DNA of 64,000 nt from an uncultured virus (IMG/VR IMGVR_UViG_3300044701_002566) (lineage: Duplodnaviria > Heunggongvirae > Uroviricota > Caudoviricetes): the IMG/VR virus record IMGVR_UViG_3300044701_002566; one strand, 5' to 3'. The notes beneath the pieces are model-generated. The model was not told the DNA's origin and made no database searches. It saw only the letters and a list, made by a program, of their open reading frames with translations. Numbering within the stretch: position 1 is the stretch's first letter; each line of letters begins with the position of its first letter. The position numbers and the translations under genes were made by a program. Positions 60,097-64,000 of this stretch are shown piece by piece.

Positions 60097-60443
60097 TAGA
60101 GAAGGGGCAATGGGGAAAGAAAGGGGCTGTCTCGGTCTTGTCTCAGTTGAGACTGATTTGAGACTGACTTAATGACCACTATTGGCACATCCTGTTTTCT
60201 TTTCAGGAAGTAGGGCCTGGTGCCATTGGCCTTATACAGCCAGCCGAGATCAAGCATAAAAGCCTTTACCAGCGTGTTTTGTTGAGCAGAACGATGCTGC
60301 CGCCATCGAGGCAGTCCTAAACAGTCAAAGGCCTCCCCGGCAGGGAGCTTGTCTGACAAAGCACCTTCCACTAGAGCAGCAAGCCTCTCCTTCCAAGCTG
60401 ACACTGGCAACACGCCCTCTCTTGAGACAGGAATGAGACTCAT
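60096..60443 (-). CDS. Hypothetical protein (possibly DNA-binding)
   Basis: ORF track; flanked by and containing TGAGAC repeats. Confidence 0.5.
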   Translation of the reverse strand: MSLIPVSREGVLPVSAWKERLAALVEGALSDKLPAGEAFDCLGLPRWRQHRSAQQNTLVKAFMLDLGWLYKANGTRPYFLKRKQDVPIVVIKSVSNQSQLRQDRDSPFLSPLPLL

Positions 60444-61744
60444 GAGACTGGCTTTGAGACTGCCTTGCCTTTGGGGCGTGCAGTGTGCGACTGGCTTTTG
60501 AGCAATGTAGCCCCTTATGGCTGTCTCATGGTGAGTCTCACCCTATCTCATGAGAATCCTTGCTAGAATCGCAATAGGCGCGGCGTGCGTGCATGACGCG
60601 TCGTCGTGGTGAGACGGTTACGAGCAGTTCGTTAACCTCCGCGAGCCGCTTCGAGAGGGAGCCCCAAGCGTTCCTGAGCAAGCGGCTCTGCTCAACCACC
60701 TCCCCCTCAACTACTTTCTTCTGCCAGCAGCAGAAGGACGCGGCGAGAGGGGAGGAGATGCCGACAGGCATCGTTCGGAAGATCGCCACGCGCAAGAGCC
60801 CCCAAGGCGATTGTTCATCAGCGATCTTCCTCCCCCAAAGCGAACGTTCCTAAGCGTCCTTCTTTACGATGCTTTCCTAAGAAACCTTCGCCAGGAGCCG
60901 AACGAGCAGAGCCCCAAGCGACTACGAACATTAGGCTCCCTCTCCACCACTAACCATCAATCTTCTTCTGTGCGAGAGCGATTGAAGCCGCCAGGGGTGT
61001 GCTTGCGTGCGGGAAGGGCGTGTAACAGCAGTTTTCTATGGAAAGTCTTGTTCGTAAAAGCACCTACTGACTGACGCTCTTGGGGAGCTACCCGCTCAAA
61101 CGGTGCTTCAAAAGAACAATGGTAAAGAAAAGGCGGAAAGTCAGTACCAACTTCCAGAACAAAGCCTTTTCTCTTATACTTGCATTGCTGATAAATGACA
61201 CTTACTAAGAATACAACTAAAAAAAACCATCTATCGGCCTCTGTCTATAATCGCTAGGGCTCCTTTCGTACGGCCTCCGTTAGCAACAATCTTTCCCCAT
61301 CGAACAATCTCAGTGCGCTCACTCATGCTCGTAAACTGCTAGATCGTTCGCGCAGTGGCGACTAGCTTCTGACGTATTGGCAAGTCAGCAAATACCAGGC
61401 AAGTATTGGCTCTTCCCCATTGCCAAATAATACTTCCTAAAGCAGTAAGCCAAGCTCCCTACGCTCAGGCCGATTTGCTTATAGCCGCAAGCCTAAAATA
61501 CAGTCCTTTCCCATGGAAAATAATAGCCTTTTTGTTAAGATAAATGCTAATCGTGGGGATGAACTTTGAAACTCAATTCAAACTACGTCGCCCTTGGGAG
61601 GGGATACCCCGCACACCAACGCGCTAATTTATAGGCTACTGCGCTGTAATTTTCGGAGGTTAGCTATGCTGAATCGGTGGAAGATTCTCCCTATCGCCGA
61701 CACAATCCTAGGGAGAGACTAGGTTAGCCTCTCCCTATACAGCC

Positions 61745-62437
61745 TCAGCCTAGGCTACTCTCAGCTCGGCGCTTGGCGGAGCCGTGAGCGAGGAATCCGA
61801 TGATAATACGCTTGCCACGCTTGTGACAGAGCATACAACTAGAGCATGTTTTCGTATTTTCCCGCTGCGCGGGGCAGACTAGCACTACGTTGCCGGCTGG
61901 CGTGTGCCAGGAAGTGCGCGATTCTCCGGAAGACACTACCATCACCGCCGGCAATCCTGCCGCAATAGCATCATCGGCCGCAGTTTCATTCTCGGTCGAA
62001 ACATTGATCGTAAACCCCTGCCGGTTAGCCTGTTTAATCAGGCTAAGGTTCTCACCTAATGTGAGGCTGTGGTGAGTGTAAGTGTAGGCTTTAAGATGTT
62101 TCACGGCGGCGATCATGCCGCGCATGAATGCGCGCGAGATTCTGCCTCCAGTGTGCGGCAGATCGCCAGCTTGATTGTGTCGGAGAGGCATCCCTGCAGG
62201 AAGTCGCCTGAGAGCGGCCAGGAAGGCTCTGAAGGGCACGCCACGGCGCCCATCGGTCACCTCCCGCCAGTGGAGCGCGAGAGGCCCACTAGCCGCGTAG
62301 CACCCGCCGCCATTCTCAGGAGAGAAAGGACATGACGGCGGGCAGGTGGAGCGACTGGAAGTCGTAACCGGCATCGGACCCGTCTTGACGTTGCTAGAAA
62401 CCGGCGTCAGATGAAAAAACAGGTCGGAGAGTTTCAT
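61745..62437 (-). CDS. gp88-like Cys-rich protein
   Basis: SSNVKTGP, TCPPSCP, CYA, RHNQAGDL, YTH, CPAQ, C..C.LC and GFLAHG motifs; ATG at 62437. Confidence 0.75.
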   Translation of the reverse strand: MKLSDLFFHLTPVSSNVKTGPMPVTTSSRSTCPPSCPFSPENGGGCYAASGPLALHWREVTDGRRGVPFRAFLAALRRLPAGMPLRHNQAGDLPHTGGRISRAFMRGMIAAVKHLKAYTYTHHSLTLGENLSLIKQANRQGFTINVSTENETAADDAIAAGLPAVMVVSSGESRTSWHTPAGNVVLVCPAQRENTKTCSSCMLCHKRGKRIIIGFLAHGSAKRRAESSLG

Positions 62438-62474
62438 GGAGAGAGAGAGAGAGAGAGGGAGAGGGAGAGAGAGG

Positions 62475-62642
62475 TCAGTTCTCGAACGGCTCATCCCATA
62501 CGACCGTCTGACCGGAAGCGGTCTGGCGCTGCGCGGGGCGTGTGGGGCGTGTGGGGCGTGTGGGGCTCTGCCAGCGAGGGGACTGAGCGGGCAGACCGTT
62601 GGCGCCCATTGGCCAATACCCCATGAGAGTGGTGTCTTCCAT
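62475..62642 (-). CDS. 55-aa micro-ORF (MEDTTLMGYW...PTRPTRPTRP...WDEPFEN)
   Basis: Hand translation; pyrimidine-rich leader like the neighbouring gene. Confidence 0.45.
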   Translation of the reverse strand: MEDTTLMGYWPMGANGLPAQSPRWQSPTRPTRPTRPAQRQTASGQTVVWDEPFEN

Positions 62643-63015
62643 GATGAGAGGGAGAGGGAACAGAGCGGCTCAGAGTCATCTCCGATTCGCTGACGTCAGC
62701 TTGCCGTCACACCGCCACCACGGCGCCGCATCGTAGGACGGTTTCTCGACTGGCACACTAGGCCGCAGAGTGGGCAGGTTCCAGCCATGGCCGCTTGTCT
62801 AGCACTGTTTGCATCCTGCAGACTATCGGCAGTCAAGAATTGAACAGAGTGGTTAGGCTATCTCACCGCACCACGATCACACGCTCTCAGCATGCCGAAC
62901 CGTTCGGGCAGGTAGGCTATCTCAACACACCGATGCGGCACCTAGCACGGATCGACGCCACCGCGACGGATTGTCACAATCCGTTGCAAAGGTTTCCCCA
63001 TCGGCGAACCGTACT

Positions 63016-63308
63016 GATCACCATTGCTTGTCGATCAGGATTGCTGATCATTCGGGCAGGATTGATCAGTATTGCTTGTCGATCAGGATTGCTGATGTTT
63101 CGACCAGGATTGATCAGTATTGCTTATCTGATAAGGGATGGTGATGTTTCGGGCAGGAACGATAAGGATCCCTTATCGATAAGGAATGCTTATGTTTCGG
63201 CCGGCAACGATAAGCTCAGCTTATGATACAAACGTACTACAGTACAAACGTACTACAGTACAAGTGTACTATAAGCTCAGCTTATGTTACAGATAAGCCA
63301 GGCTTATG
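63016..63308. promoter_or_regulatory. Eleven 17-bp GAT(A/C)AG-N5-CT(T/G)AT palindromic boxes (LysR-type T-N11-A)
   Basis: Boxes at 63016, 63033, 63064, 63081, 63112, 63130, 63161, 63178, 63209, 63270 and 63292. Confidence 0.75.
63226..63270. promoter_or_regulatory. Tandem cyanobacterial LexA-box-like sites
   Basis: GTAC every 8 bp, five times; AGTACAAGTGTACT and AGTACAAACGTACT fit RGTAC-N4-GTAC. Confidence 0.7.
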
Positions 63309-63343
63309 TTACGAAATGTTACGAAATGTTACGAAATGTAACG
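63308..63343. promoter_or_regulatory. 10-bp GTTACGAAAT direct repeats (HLR1/RpaB-like)
   Basis: Units at 63308, 63318 and 63328; degenerate unit at 63338. Confidence 0.6.
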
Positions 63344-63362
63344 ATTGCGAATGATTCTCAAT
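63344..63362. promoter_or_regulatory. Fur-box-like 9-1-9 palindrome
   Basis: ATTGCGAAT-G-ATTCTCAAT; 8 of 9 positions symmetric. Confidence 0.65.
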
Positions 63363-63390
63363 AGCAAGAAGCCTCTGGCTGGGTGTTTAG

Positions 63391-63452
63391 ATACGCCTCC
63401 AGCCGGTTCTCATACGCCTCTAGCCGGTTCTCATACGCCCCTGGCCGGTCCC
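63391..63452. repeat. Three 21-bp direct repeats (iteron-like)
   Basis: ATACGCCTC(C/T)AGCCGGTTCTC at 63391 and 63412; degenerate copy at 63433. Confidence 0.85.
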
Positions 63453-63475
63453 GGTTTAGGCATCTGGCCGGTTCT

Positions 63476-63769
63476 TCAGTGGCCTCTACGACCCCCAGCG
63501 AACCGGCCTACATAGGCATTCCACATGCCAATGGGCATGTCACCCGGCCTGTAAAGCACATAGCCTCCATCCTCTACTCCCAGCTCAGCGTCATGAAGCC
63601 ACATGCCGCTGCATTTGCCTTCCCCGCTGAAAAGGCCAATTTGCCTTTCTCTATCACGCATGGACAGGCGAACGTGAAACAACACCTCCCGTAGGAGCAC
63701 TGCCTGATAGACGCCTTGCGAGGGAGGAAAATCCTCCCCATTGGGCTGATAGGTGCGGATTGTCACCAT
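63476..63769 (-). CDS. Hypothetical protein
   Basis: ORF track. Confidence 0.5.
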   Translation of the reverse strand: MVTIRTYQPNGEDFPPSQGVYQAVLLREVLFHVRLSMRDRERQIGLFSGEGKCSGMWLHDAELGVEDGGYVLYRPGDMPIGMWNAYVGRFAGGRRGH

Positions 63770-64000
63770 TGATCATCCCCTTCACTGTCTTCAATTATCT
63801 CTACGAAATACGGCCCCATGGCCGCATAGGCTTCATGAAGCTCAGCTTCTTCGCCCTGGTGAAGAGTGTAGTCTTCAAAGCCTTCTTCGTTCCAGAAGTG
63901 CCAACAATCAGACATTGGTCAAGCCTCGATGATGCGAAAATCGGGATCATTGTTTCTTTTGATCCATCGACATTGATTGAACTGAGGAAGCACGATGAAC

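Larger units (their letters stand above)
59819..60615. repeat. Cluster of 12 TGAGAC/GTCTCA hexamers
   Basis: Copies at 59819, 59835, 60140, 60148, 60159, 60423, 60434, 60443, 60455, 60523, 60535 and 60610. Confidence 0.9.

Noticed and set aside
62750..62776. CIRCE (HrcA) element
   Set aside because: Only about 6 of 9 matches per arm; too degenerate.
63016..63225. CRISPR array
   Set aside because: Spacers are only 14 bp and similar to each other, repeats drift in sequence, and no cas genes are present.
62795..63226. 143-aa ORF across the operator array (also 63383-63694)
   Set aside because: TTG/GTG starts and repeat-derived translation; no coding signature.

Overview
This window is tailed-phage DNA, most likely a cyanobacterial siphovirus. 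The cyanophage call rests on a cyAbrB-like regulator, a group-2-like sigma factor, a minimal cyanophage-type class I ribonucleotide reductase and cyanobacterial operator-like motifs. Layout: 1-11.2 kb DNA metabolism and regulation (+); 11.2-14 kb phosphoesterase and lysis genes (-); 14.1-50.3 kb tail and head genes (-), including a -1 frameshifted tail chaperone and a glycosyltransferase/methyltransferase cassette inside the head module; large terminase (+); then phosphoesterase, two candidate ncRNAs, nrdAB and small genes (-). No integrase, DNA polymerase, reverse transcriptase, CRISPR array or complete tRNA was seen. Main findings: (1) a non-coding array at 62.7-63.45 kb of tandem, different operator-like motifs (LysR-, LexA-, RpaB/HLR1- and Fur-like), a possible host transcription-factor decoy; (2) a Trp-rich C-terminal peptide shared by the large tail protein and two micro-ORFs missing from the ORF track; (3) two duplicated cassettes plus a GGGCG/CGCCC switch near 15.3-16.5 kb, suggesting a two-parent mosaic or an assembly chimera; (4) promoter-anchored structured RNAs at 54.5-55.1 kb. 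All family assignments come from motif recognition by eye, not from database searches.
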